This document shows, in pieces, positions 51,893-64,000 of a stretch of 64,000 bases of DNA. Location of the stretch: assembly GCA_051294375.1 (NCBI GenBank), contig CM119266.1, positions 13,205,700 to 13,269,699 on the forward strand, read 5' to 3'. The notes under the pieces were generated by a model. That model saw nothing but the letters and a program-made list of their open reading frames with translations, made no database searches and was not told the DNA's origin. Made by a program: the position numbers and the translations under genes. Positions within the stretch are counted from its first letter, which is position 1. Every line of letters begins with the position of its first letter. This stretch comes from Paraspadella gotoi (taxonomy: Eukaryota; Animalia; Chaetognatha).

Positions 51893-54800
51893 CGTCGCCT
51901 CGTCCGCCTTCTATCTGACAATAGGAATAGTAATCTATATTTAAATACGTTTTCTTTTTTTACTCTTTTTGTACGAATAAATATTAAAAGTTCTCCACGA
52001 TATTTGCGAACCTCCAAGTCCAATTATTATTCTTTAATTTTTGTGTCCCCGAAATTTCTTCCCTCCCACCGATTATTTAATCTCCGATGTTTTTTTTTTT
52101 CTTGGGCGTTATTCAAACAAGTTCCTCCTCCCCCTCCTCTTCCTCCTCTTCCCCTCCTCCTCATCGCACTTCGCAAAAACTGATCGAATTAAAAATCTAT
52201 TTTCGATGACGTGTGAAATTTTCTTCTCTTTTCTTCCACCAAAAAAAAAGAAGAAAAACACAAAAATTGAAGGTCACGTGATCTTCGATCGTCGAGATCC
52301 GCGTAATCGTGAAAAGAGGAGAAATCGAAATCCCTGGGGAACGAAGTGGGGAATCGTGAATAGTGATTCGACCTCGCGGCGACGGGCGACCGGTCATCAT
52401 CATTTTTCATTCCTTTGGGACGAGCGTGTGGTTTCTCTCTCTTTGTCTCTGTCTCTTTCTCTATCTGTCGCTGTCTCTGTCTCTCTCTTGGATTCTCACA
52501 CTCCACTATTCTCTTTAGTAATTTCCCTCTCGTTTCCTTCCGATCAGTGACAATGAGAAGCGATCGAAAATTTCGCCCCGTTAATACGTTCAAATAAAGC
52601 TTTTCCAGGGGCAAGATAGCTTAGTTACTAAATGAATGAATAATTTTTATATTGGTTGTATCAATTTCATAAACCGTTTTTGATCGATTTAGTTTTTAAT
52701 TTAATTTAATTTATGGCTTGAAGCAAAAAGGAAGAAAAGTTAGGAAAGGGAGTACGTATATATATTATATATTATGTTGAAGAATAACAACTCTAAATCA
52801 ATATTATATATCATCCGATGTGAAAAAAATGTGACAGAAATGTAACCGAATTTTATCTCGTCTTACGAAACGCAATCAAACCAACAACAAAGTTCTCAAC
52901 CATCATCATCAACAAAAAAGAATTTGGTCTGCATCCCATGATCGCCCCATTTACCCATTTCCGCACCCCGTGATTAAAGCATAAACCCCATCGCTTGTCC
53001 AAACCTTTCTCAATTCCCTCACCCTGTTTGAACCCTCTCCCTTCTCAGTCCGGCCCCACCATGAGTCAACCCATCTCTTTCTCCAGACCTGACCCCATGA
53101 CCGCATGATTTACCTCGAGAAAATCCCTACAAAATCCCAACTCTTTCCCCTCCACCCATTCCCTTCCCCATCCTTCCCCACCCACCATTTTCCAAATCCC
53201 CAACCTCACGATCCCTTTCATTTCCACTCTCTCTTATCGATTTCGAGCTCACGATCGCTATCTCTCCATCTCTCCGAATTGGCCATTTCTCCGCCCCTCC
53301 GTCTTCCCCTTAGCCGTGTCCCAGGCACATGCAACACCCTACGCTAAATCGCCACTCCCATTCTCTCCGATCTCCTAACCCCCCCAACCATACTTACCTT
53401 CTCCCAAACCATTTACCTCCCTGCTGCGAGACTTTTGATTGACAGGAATCGACTGAAAAAATCTTCGCCGTTCGGAAAATCTCGTCGATATCAACATATT
53501 TTTTATCTGTGAAACGACCTTCTCCCCCTTCACCCCTGGTTCGTTCACTATCCAAGATTCACTGCCTTGATACATTTTTGATGTGAACTATGCACCTCCT
53601 TTGGCTTTAATAGCGTTAGTTATCTATTTGGATGAACTAATACCAAAAGAATTGTACTTTTATTTACCAGTGACTTTGGAGAGGCTAATAAATAACTAAA
53701 TAGCATCCAATATTAAAAACTCACAATTTTTTTCTGTGTACGCTTTATACCGTTCAGTTATCAGATTACTTTGAAATGTTTAGAAATCCTAAAAAAATCT
53801 CAATAGTTAATAACTAGTTACGGTTATTCTCCTCTATTCACATCCCTCCGTTCACTGACCCTCTCACTCATTTCACCGATTCACGTCCAATTTAATCACT
53901 CGATTCTTTTCTTCTTTTTTTTCACTGGATCGATTGTCTTGATTCACTCTTTTCACTTCATCCCTTTTCACTCCCTTCCTTTTCTTCCCCACCTGCGTCC
54001 TTATGTTCTCTGCTTATCATTTCATACAATCGCGACGACGACGACGACGATTCATATTCACTGTATTTTTAAAATCTNNNNNNNNNNNNNNNNNNNNNNN
54101 NNNNNNNNNNNNNNNNNNNNNNNNNNNNNNNNNNNNNNNNNNNNNNNNNNNNNNNNNNNNNNNNNNNNNNNNNNNNNNNNNNNNNNNNNNNNNNNNNNNN
54201 NNNNNNNNNNNNNNNNNNNNNNNNNNNNNNNNNNNNNNNNNNNNNNNNNNNNNNNNNNNNNNNNNNNNNNNNNNNNNNNNNNNNNNNNNNNNNNNNNNNN
54301 NNNNNNNNNNNNNNNNNNNNNNNNNNNNNNNNNNNNNNNNNNNNNNNNNNNNNNNNNNNNNNNNNNNNNNNNNNNNNNNNNNNNNNNNNNNNNNNNNNNN
54401 NNNNNNNNNNNNNNNNNNNNNNNNNNNNNNNNNNNNNNNNNNNNNNNNNNNNNNNNNNNNNNNNNNNNNNNNNNNNNNNNNNNNNNNNNNNNNNNNNNNN
54501 NNNNNNNNNNNNNNNNNNNNNNNNNNNNNNNNNNNNNNNNNNNNNNNNNNNNNNNNNNNNNNNNNNNNNNNNNNNNNNNNNNNNNNNNNNNNNNNNNNNN
54601 NNNNNNNNNNNNNNNNNNNNNNNNNNNNNNNNNNNNNNNNNNNNNNNNNNNNNNNNNNNNNNNNNNNNNNNNNNNNNNNNNNNNNNNNAAAAAAAAAAAA
54701 ATAACATGACTCGATTCGGTTAAAGTGGACAACGAATAAACAAAGCGATTTAACCACAACGAAGGGAATTAAAAAAAGATTTTGGACACAAGAATATCTT

Positions 54801-55222
54801 TTTTTCGCGCCTTTCGTCGATCGCATGGAAATATATGGGCGCGGATGATTGAAAAAAGATGAAGCGTTTCATATTGACGTTAGAATTAGATTAAAGCGAT
54901 AATAGCTCTAACGTTATTACTGTAAATCCTTCTGTTGAGATTTAAAGTCAAATACAATTACGTCTGAACGAAGAAATTTAAAAATTTCTTAGCAAAGAAA
55001 TTATTCTATTTTGATTTCGTTAAAAAAAAAGCGGGGACTGCCTCAGTTTGGTCTGAAAGAAAACAAGTAAAATTATACAATGTTAGGAAATTTAGGATGT
55101 AGACCTGAGGTTGATAACGTAAAACTAGTTTTTCATTTTAATCCTCTTCTTCCTGCGATTCCTTTCCCCTTTCAATCCCCATCACATTCCAAACAAGAAT
55201 CATACGTTTGCAGCTGGAATCC

Positions 55223-55235
55223 GTTGCCTAGCAAC
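55223..55235. promoter_or_regulatory. Second RFX X-box (GTTGCCTAGCAAC, reverse complement of the 19331 motif)
   Basis: Exact 13-bp match, ~100 bp downstream of the putative donor at 55336 of the minus-strand gene. Confidence 0.4.
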
Positions 55236-55336
55236 CCCGAACGACGACCAATTCTGGTTTCAGTCTCCTCTCCGCCCCATGGGCATTGGACAATCATATA
55301 AAGATTGTTGTTGTGGTTGTTTCTGACCAGACTCAC

Positions 55337-56536
55337 CTCCGGACGTGGGTAAGGGGCGAGAAGTCATGGAGACGTTGACGTAGATGGCAAAGTGGGCGTA
55401 GACAAGAAGGTGAAGCCGNNNNNNNNNNNNNNNNNNNNNNNNNNNNNNNNNNNNNNNNNNNNNNNNNNNNNNNNNNNNNNNNNNNNNNNNNNNNNNNNNN
55501 NNNNNNNNNNNNNNNNNNNNNNNNNNNNNNNNNNNNNNNNNNNNNNNNNNNNNNNNNNNNNNNNNNNNNNNNNNNNNNNNNNNNNNNNNNNNNNNNNNNN
55601 NNNNNNNNNNNNNNNNNNNNNNNNNNNNNNNNNNNNNNNNNNNNNNNNNNNNNNNNNNNNNNNNNNNNNNNNNNNNNNNNNNNNNNNNNNNNNNNNNNNN
55701 NNNNNNNNNNNNNNNNNNNNNCACGGAAGTCGTCGTCATAGTCTTCGTCATCGTCGCCGTCATCGTCATCGTCGTCGATCCCGGAAGCCGATACGCACGG
55801 CCGTGAGGCGCCGGAACCGCGGGGATATCCGAAGCGGAATCGACAGCCGGAACCCGGATGTCGTCGTGCGGATGTTGTTTCGTCCATGAGTCCGTCAGCC
55901 TTCGAAACAAAAATCCATTCAATTCTTTAAAAAAAAAGGAAAAAACTCGGATCGGGGTCTCGTCTAGATTTTCAGAGTATTCAGTGACCGCTGTATTTCG
56001 ATATTTCGACGACAATTCTTTTTAGAAATTGAAAAAGTTCCTGTTGTACTCAACTATTCATGCGAATATGAGCGAAAGGGGAAACGCCGTTTTGAAGTTT
56101 AAAAAAAAACTTTCGGCNNNNNNNNNNNNNNNNNNNNNNNNNNNNNNNNNNNNNNNNNNNNNNNNNNNNNNNNNNNNNNNNNNNNNNNNNNNNNNNNNNN
56201 NNNNNNNNNNNNNNNNNNNNNNNNNNNNNNNNNNNNNNNNNNNNNNNNNNNNNNNNNNNNNNNNNNNNNNNNNNNNNNNNNNNNNNNNNNNNNNNNNNNN
56301 NNNNNNNNNNNNNNNNNNNNNNNNNNNNNNNNNNNNNNNNNNNNNNNNNNNGCAGTCGGAGTTCGGATTTCCATTTCCCATAATTTCGTGGCGGACTTCT
56401 CGAGTTACCTTAAATTAAGTTTTACCGAACCTCGGTCCGTGTCGTCGTCGTTTTCGTCGTCGTTCACCTCCTCCTCCTCCTCCTCCTCCTCCTCCTCTTC
56501 CTCTCCGTCTCTAAATCGCCGGTTTCCGTATTCCAT
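55337..56536 (-). CDS. Partial gene, acidic N-terminus (MEYGNRRFRDGEEEE..DTDRGS | ADGLMDETTSARRH..DDDEDYDDDF), interrupted by gaps
   Basis: Exon 56536-56426 (111 nt, donor gtaaaa, phase 0). The next exon starts at 55899 after ttgtttcgaag in phase 0. There is a strong donor gag|gtgagt at 55337/55336. Product unknown. Confidence 0.5.
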
Positions 56537-56689
56537 ATCGAAACTCAGCTGGGATCCAACATCAAGATTCCTTCTTCTTCCTCTTCCTTATTTTATTTTC
56601 ACTCAACAGAAAGAAAAAAAAAAGTTTTGGCTTAAATTTGGTTTTTCCTTTTTTTCTTCCTTCGTCATCAACATTATAAAAAAGGACCA

Positions 56690-58020
56690 AACATGGATTA
56701 TCCATTCTTGTAGCGCTACAAAAAAAAAAGACCAACTTAAAACATAACAAAAACATACAAATTAAATTAATACGTATACACGAGTAGTTTTTCACATTAG
56801 AGCAAACGGTGCAATAAGAGAAAATTTTTTTGATTCAGATTTTTCGACCAAATTTTTTAGTCATCAGTCATCACAATGAAAAAATTATTTCCACAAACTT
56901 TAATATTATATTGCGATTTTTAAAAAAAATTTTTTTGAAGAACTTAAGGTCAATCATTTCATAAAAATCTCTTCTGTTTTCCTCCCAAAAACTTCCGGTA
57001 AAGAAAAGGAAGTCAGTATCTTGACCTTTTTCTGGACCAACCCCCTTTTTTTTCACTCCTACTCCCCTGTCCTAATTACGTCGGATCGAAAACCGGCGTT
57101 CGAGTGAGTTCGGGTAAGTTCGCATCTGACAACCAACTTTTCCCGAAAGGCGAGAAACCGCAAATCGAAGACAACGACGTCCGGTGGTCGTCGTCGTCGT
57201 CGTCGGCCGACGCAAACTCGCGAACTCAAAGTTGCCTTGTCGATTGCCACGCCCATCGGCGCGTTTTCGCGCCTATTTGCTAAAAATAGGCGGTCACGAT
57301 GGTACTGTGGCCACAAAACCTCTGACGTCGATGTTGAGCGAATGACTTTTCTTGTTTCGTCTTCTCTTTGTTCTTATTTGCAACGCAACTCTATAAAGAA
57401 ACTTGTCGCTCAATATCTTTTCTTCATGGTTTTTAACCCGAGACTCTTCACATTATATCCCGCTGCGTCAGGCCATCTCTTAGTTCGCGCCCGATTAGAC
57501 CACAAACCCTCTTTACCCCCTTCACCCACAATTGACCACAAACCCTCTTTACCCCCTTAACCCACAATTGACCAACGACTTCTCATCCTTTGCCTGACAG
57601 AAAAAAAACCTTTTCATCTTTTCCGACGCTTTCCAACTTCTTCGAAGGGACAATGAATGGTTTTCTCCCTACTCCCTGTAAAAGCACCATGCATTTCGAA
57701 CCATCTTGAACGTCTTTGATCATTCCCGTTCTTTAATCCGTCAGAGATTACCCCTCCTTCCCGCATTCCATCACCTCTACCCTCCTATCCAACCCAACCC
57801 TACCTAACCTTCCCCTACTCTGCANNNNNNNNNNNNNNNNNNNNNNNNNCCTCTCGAACTCCCGGGCCCCCAATCAAAACAGCGCACCTCACCTTCTTCC
57901 TTAATCATCTCCACACACCTGTTTTTGACAAATTTTCTCGCGTTAATTTTTAAAACCCACGAAATTAAGCTCTAATCGTCACACAGCGTTTAAATCTTTT
58001 ACGAACGAGGAAGGAACCAG

Positions 58021-58055
<35 letters not shown>

Positions 58056-59668
58056 AGAGAGAGGAGATGACGAGAGAGCCCAGTAGAGCAGCAGAGCTCA
58101 AGATTGTAATTACCAGTACTCCTACAAAAGGACACCCTCGTGGTCCAGAAGAGGCCGGCGCCAATTTCGTGGCTCCGGCGTTCAAATGAGCGAAGAGTAG
58201 ACGAGGTCCGAGGTGATGATGTTTATTCCTAGAGGGGAACGCAAACGTTTCGCTCGGCACGGCGATGCAGTCGAGGGCCACGACGACGATGACGACCGAC
58301 TGTCGTGCTCGCGGGATGGACACTGGTTGCGCCCGGGGGCGAAGATCCGACGACGACGAACACTTGACAGACGACTCGAGAAACGATCGGTCGAACTCAC
58401 GTCAGAGGGAGATACAAACGCGCCGGTCGGTCTGTTCACAGACGAGTGAAAGCGGGAGCGCGAGAAGTCAGGTGATGTGTTCCGGCGGAGAAGGAGGAAC
58501 ACGTCGGGAACGAGTTAGGAGGAAACTGACCGGGGGGAGGACGAGATTGTTCGGGCGTGACAGGAAAAAACGGGGCGGATAGGAATACCGCGTTTCGGGA
58601 GGGTTGGGGGGAGCGGGGAATGGAAAGAAAAGGGGTTAAAACTATATAGGGCGGTCGGGGTTGGGGATTGAGTACGGGGAAGTCAGGCGGATGTGACGAG
58701 GGAGTCAGAAGAATTTGCGTATCAAGAGGGGGGTCGAACGGCGGGGAGGTGGCCGGAAGGTGGTGGGGGTTGAGGGGAAAATGGGGGGGTGTATGGTGAG
58801 ATAAAAAAAAGGGGGTAGACAGTCGGGTCAGCTGTAAGTGTTAATTTGGGGTAATCGTTCGCGGTCAGAGACCACGGAATCGCCGGCAGTATTAGTTTAT
58901 ATAATATTAGTAGCGTATACGCATATCCATAGTGAAAATAATTATAAGATGAAGAGGGCCTTAAGACGGTTAGGAGAAAGGAAAAGCAAAGATGAATAAA
59001 AAGGATGAAGAAGAGTGCCAGAGTTCTGGTAGAGTTTAGGACAGGAGGGGCGGCAAGAATTGACGGTTGAAATGGCAAGCGATAGTCGCTGAAAACTAGT
59101 GGATCTGGGACACACAGAAAATTTTAAAAAATTGAGGGAGGTTAGCCCTAAACTTTTTCGGGTAAGCAATAAAGTTTGCAAAAAAAAACTTTCAATTCGA
59201 TCACGTGAGATTTCGTTCTTCGTTGGTCGTTGGGCTAAAAGAAAGAAAAAAGAAAGAAATAAAAAAAAAGAAAGAAAGACTCGCGAACTTAATCCATGAA
59301 TTGAGTTCGATTCTCCGACGAAATCCTCTTTTTATCCTTTTTTTTTTTCGTATCCAAAATCTCGGGAGTTTCGTCGGGAATGAAAATCGTCGCGCGAATT
59401 TCGTCGAAACGAAATTAATTTTTTTTTTGTTTTCCGTTTTTATTTGTGTTTGTTATATCTTTTGATTTTTTTTTACTTACTTTGTTTTTTTTTCGTCTGG
59501 AAAAGATATACAATCAAATAAAAAACACTAAAACTTACTAAATATCACGATATCACATACCATACATACATCATACATATCTTATACTTTTTTGTGCGAT
59601 ATGATTACGTAAAATACTTTAAATACTCGTACAATTTATATATAGATATTTCTGCATCGAATTTTGAA

Positions 59669-59701
<33 letters not shown>

Positions 59702-60424
59702 NNNNNNNNNNNNNNNNNNNNNNNNNTGAGAGAGAGAGAGACGAGACGAGAGAGAATAGGAGGAGAAGAGAGAGAGAGAGAGACGCCATAGAGTGATAGA
59801 GATGCTGAGAGAGAGAGATGATCCCGACGAGAGAGAGAGAGAATCTCAAAATTCGATGCAGAAATCATCATATATAATAATTGTACGAGTATTTAAAGTA
59901 TTTTACTATAATATGGCACAAAAAGATATAAGATATGTTGATGTATTGTATGTGGTATGTGATATCGTGATGAATTTAGTACAGTTTTAGTGTTTTTATT
60001 TGAATTTGCTATTACTTTCAGACGGGGAAAGAAAAAACAAAGTAAAAAAAAAAATCCAAAAGAATATAACAAACACAAATAAAACGGAAAACAAAAAAAA
60101 AATTAATTTCGTTCTCCGACGAAATTCGCGCGACTGATTTTTCATTCCCGACGAACTCCCCGAGATTTTGGTACGGGAAAAAAAAAAAGGCCTAAAAAGC
60201 AGGATTTCGTCGGCAGAATCGTACCTCAATTCATGCACTTAGTTCGCGATGTCTTTCTTTACGTTTTTTTTATTTCACTTTCTTTTTTCTTTCTTTTAGC
60301 CAACGACAACGAGAACGAAATCTCAGTATCGATGAAATTTTTTTTCTTTCTTTTAAAAAATAATTCGCTGTCGATTTGCGCAGAAAGAATCGCTGTTAAG
60401 GGGAAGAACCAGAGATATCTTCTA

Positions 60425-60462
<38 letters not shown>

Positions 60463-62430
60463 ACTCTCTTCAACACTTTTTTGAAAATTTTTCGCGGTTT
60501 AAAAATTTTTAAAACCACGAATTAAGCTCTAAAATAGTCAAAAGCGTTTAACTTACGACGGCACAGGACACGCGAGAGGGAGAACGAGAGAGAGAGAAGA
60601 GAGAAGAATGAATGGCCATCTGTGTGTCAGAAGAGGCGGCATTGGTCGTCGAGAGCAATCGAGGTGATGGAATTCGTCAAGCGATCGACCGACGACGATG
60701 ACGCACGTATCTGTCGGGCTCGCGATGACGGTCTGCCAGCGAAGACGATGACGACGGACGACGACGACGATCGAACGAATCGGTTTTTCGAAATCACGTA
60801 CGAGAGGGAAAAAACTCTCTGTCTCACACCACATTGGGGAAAATATCGGCGAGAGGACAGTTAGGGGGGGACTTTAGTTGGCGCGGAATGGAAAGAAAAG
60901 GAAACAAAGCCTCGGCGGTTGGGATTTACGAGTCAGGTGAAGATGGGATAGAATTGATATCCGGGGTTCACGGGTGAGGTGCTGGCAGAGTGGCGGTTGA
61001 TAATGGGGTTTTTTACTGTGAGACTACAAAAAAGCGGAGTAGAGTGGGAAGGTATATACGAGTATTGTTATATATACTATACTTATAAGGTTGCGAGCAA
61101 ATGACTATATCTATGATGAAAAGCGCCTTAAGACGATAAGGATGAAAGAAAGAAGAAAGTATGAAAGAATAGAGTAGTTCCGGCCTACGAGTCGTTGTTA
61201 CCTCTCCCTAGGAAAGATAGAATTCGGTTGACAATGGCAAAGCGATAGTCTGATCATATGGGAAGTGCAATTTAATGAGCGAGTTAGGCAACTTTTCGGA
61301 CAGCATTAAAGTTTGCGAGTCAGTAGGGAAGGTTATGTAGGGTTGGGATTGATAAGAAGTTAGAACAGATGTATGGTGGGGATAGAGTGTAGAATGCGGA
61401 GAGGGTATCTCGAGGGCAAAATAAAGAAACCGGATATCAAAAGACGTCAAGTGGTTCGAAATGCATGGTGCTTGTACATGGAGTAGTTGGAGAAAAACAT
61501 TTCTTGTCCCTTCGACATAGTTGGAAAGCGTCGGAAAAGATGAAGGTTTTTCTCTGTCAGCAAAGATGAGAAGTGTTGGTCAATTGTGTAGGGGTAAGAG
61601 GTTTGTAGTCTAATAAAGATGGCCTGACGCAGCGGATATAATGTGAAGAGTCTCGAGTTAAAAATCATAAGAAAGATTTAGCTACATATTTTCTTATATG
61701 TTGGTTGAAATAAGAAACAAAGAGAAGCGAAACAGGATAAAGTCATCTCGTTCTCAACATCGACGTCAGAGGATTGTTGTGGCCAACTAGTACCATTACA
61801 GAAGCGTACCTACTCATAGAACCATTTACCCGTGACTGCTCTAGAATTTTAGCAATCATATGGCAGCGAAAAACGCGCCAGGCGCTCTTGAAATCGAGCA
61901 AGGCAACTCTTGATGTTCGCGAGTTTCGTCGGGCATGACGACGACGACAGTCGCCATACCGGACGATCAGTTGTCTTCGATTTTGGCGTTTTCGCCTTTC
62001 GGGAAAAGTTGTTTGCTCAGATGCGAATCTTAACTCCGAACTCACATCGAATGCCGGTTTTCGATCCGACTATTTAGTGAAGGGAGTAGGGAGTCGAAAA
62101 AGATGGGGTTTCGTACAGAAAAAGGCAGATATCTGCTTCCTTTTCTTACCGGAGTTTTTGGAGGAAAACAGAAGAGATTTTTACAATGATTGACTTTAGG
62201 TCTTCAAAACATGTTTTTTTTTAAAAATCGACGAACTATAATATTAAAGTTTGATGGAATTAATTTCTCATTGTGATGACTGCATATCTAAAAATGGTTC
62301 GAAAAATCTGATCAAAAATGTTCTTTATTGCACCGTATGCTCAATTTGAAAAACTATGGTGGTAACCGTATTTATTTAATTTATGTTTTTGTTATGTTTA
62401 ATTGTCTTTTTTTTTGGTTAGCCTACAGAA
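56690..62430. repeat. Nested duplicated block: 56690-57824 inverted at ~61320-62430; 57950-59180 noisy direct copy at ~60510-61320; 59190-59701 inverted at ~59830-60350
   Basis: Anchors cggatcgaaaaccggc/gccggttttcgatccg, cacgaa(a)ttaagctctaa and tctgcatcgaattttga/tcaaaattcgatgcaga. Breakpoints coincide with 25-N gaps at 57825 and 59702. Confidence 0.9.
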
Positions 62431-63170
62431 TGATACCAATGTTTGTCTGTTTCTTTTTTTATTTTTGTTTATAACTTTTACGTATATGCGATATATTACA
62501 TTTACTTATATTTTTTCGTTCAATTTCATTAAGTTAATACTTATGGTTTTCCTTTTCGTTTGTGTGAGATTTATTATGAATTCTGATGTTGTCCTTGTTT
62601 GATCGGATTAGCGGCGAATTATTACAGTGATGTAGGTATAGACTACTCCCTTTATCGATCGATTTTTCGATCTCCGACCGCAAGAACCGACTGCGACCAG
62701 ACGCCCGATTCCCGCTTTCCAAGCGACGGAGACGAAAAACCGTCAAAAACTCATTAATCATTATTTTCCTCATTCGTCTTTTTTTTTTCAGAAATTCGTC
62801 AATAAGACGATCGCCCCTCGTCAATACGACGATCGCCGCTCGTCGATCATCGATCCTCGAAAACGACGAACCGGTCCAACCTGTCGTCCGAGACAACTAG
62901 GAAGGGAAGCCGTTTCGATCCAACTTCGATCGTTCGAAAGGAGATAGAGACGGAGTGGATTGGACGTTCGAAGGAAACGCCGATTTGGTGGAGATTCACA
63001 AACTGACGATACAAAAATACTCTACGAATACTGCGATCTCCAAAACGACCTCATTTACAAAAAGTCGCTTTCGAAAAAAAAAGTCAAATGTTAACATCTC
63101 AACGTTGGTGAATCGATAAGACGGCGTTTTTCGTCTCTCAGCCTCGCGTTCAACGCCGACCGCCTCCATC

Positions 63171-63502
63171 ATGGAAGACGCCGCTCTCTACCCCACCAAC
63201 CCCTGGGCGCCTGTCCAGCATCAGCAGTTTTATCAACAGCAACAACAGAGTCAACAGAAACACCATCAACCCTTTCATCTACATCACCAGCATCACCATC
63301 ATCATCATCAACCCCGTCACGGTCGCGAACATCATGGCGCCGGACAACAACAACAACAACAACAGCAGCAACTCGGTCGCAAACTTTCGCAGCAACAACA
63401 GCAAACTCCTCAAATGCAGCTGACCGTCAACCCCTATCACATTTCCAATCTGAATCAACAGAATCTTTCGTCGCCGACGGAGCAGGAGACGAAACGAAGA
63501 AG
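63171..63502 (+). CDS. First coding exon of a Gln/His-rich protein (MEDAALYPTNPWAPVQHQQ...SSPTEQETKRR); continues beyond the window
   Basis: Acceptor tctctcag at 63141, Kozak-like catcATGG, mixed CAA/CAG and CAT/CAC codons, donor ag|gtaggc at 63503. The composition is typical of regulatory-protein N-termini; no domain is visible. Confidence 0.75.
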
Positions 63503-64000
63503 GTAGGCGTCTAGGAGAGAGAGCAGAGAGAAGAGAGAGAGTAGAGAGAGAGAGAGAGAGAAGAGAGAGAGAGGAGAGAGAGAGCGAGAGCTGAGATGAG
63601 GCTAAATTTAGAGAAAGGTTCTAGAGGAGTTTTAAGGCGTGAGATCATCACTCGAAGATCCTGCAACAGCTGCGAAAGACCGTAGTCTACTACGAGTGGA
63701 TCGTGACCAGGACGGGACGACCCCGTGACTAGAAAGTAACATTCTCGAAGACCGTGTTAGTCTTTTAAGCCTTGAAGGATGTATCAGGAAAGTATCACAA
63801 TGACCCTTTGACTCAACGAGGATGTCAGCAAGGACGTGACAGCAAATGGGAGTGACAGCTGCTTAGGCCGTGACACCTAAAGAGGGTGGCAGCTGCGATG
63901 GCCGTGACATCGGTTCTCGTGTCGGCAGAGAAGCTTTGGATGGGAGGAGCCGAAGATCTGGGGTGGAATGCGGGGGATTGTTTGATCAGAACAAAAACTA

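Noticed and set aside
53939-54826. ORFs over 200 aa
   Set aside because: Composed almost entirely of N-gap.

Overview
This is an AT-rich, intron-containing eukaryotic (most likely invertebrate metazoan) draft scaffold full of (AG)n, (GAC)n and (ATT)n microsatellites; nearly all ORF-track entries are microsatellite read-throughs. It is not prokaryotic, and I find no CRISPR, operon or rRNA. Eight gaps are exactly 25 N long, and most are flanked by noisy direct or inverted duplicates, so a large part of the window is probably redundant long-read gap-fill. Biology supported by reading the sequence: (1) a 5'-truncated Penelope-like retroelement (NGYP linker plus GIY-YIG endonuclease, minus strand, two copies) with a minimal hammerhead-ribozyme motif at its 3' end, and a diverged remnant at ~37.1-37.9 kb with inverted-pLTR geometry that is interrupted by a tRNA-derived SINE with a TSD; (2) a phase-consistent five-exon plus-strand gene (19624-25117, ~696 aa after correcting three inferred indels) for a His-rich low-complexity protein (LRxEExR heptads, [KR]HS repeats, HxP triplets, HG/KG tail), preceded by a perfect RFX X-box; (3) three tRNA-Gly(TCC) genes and one pseudogene; (4) a tentative minus-strand multi-exon gene (44.6-47.4 kb) for a type II membrane protein with a GT-A/DUF1647-like motif; (5) partial genes at 55.3-56.5 kb (minus) and 63.2-63.5 kb (plus); (6) foldback MITE-like hairpins, minisatellites and an interstitial TTAGGG tract. 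All calls are by eye; no database searches were run.
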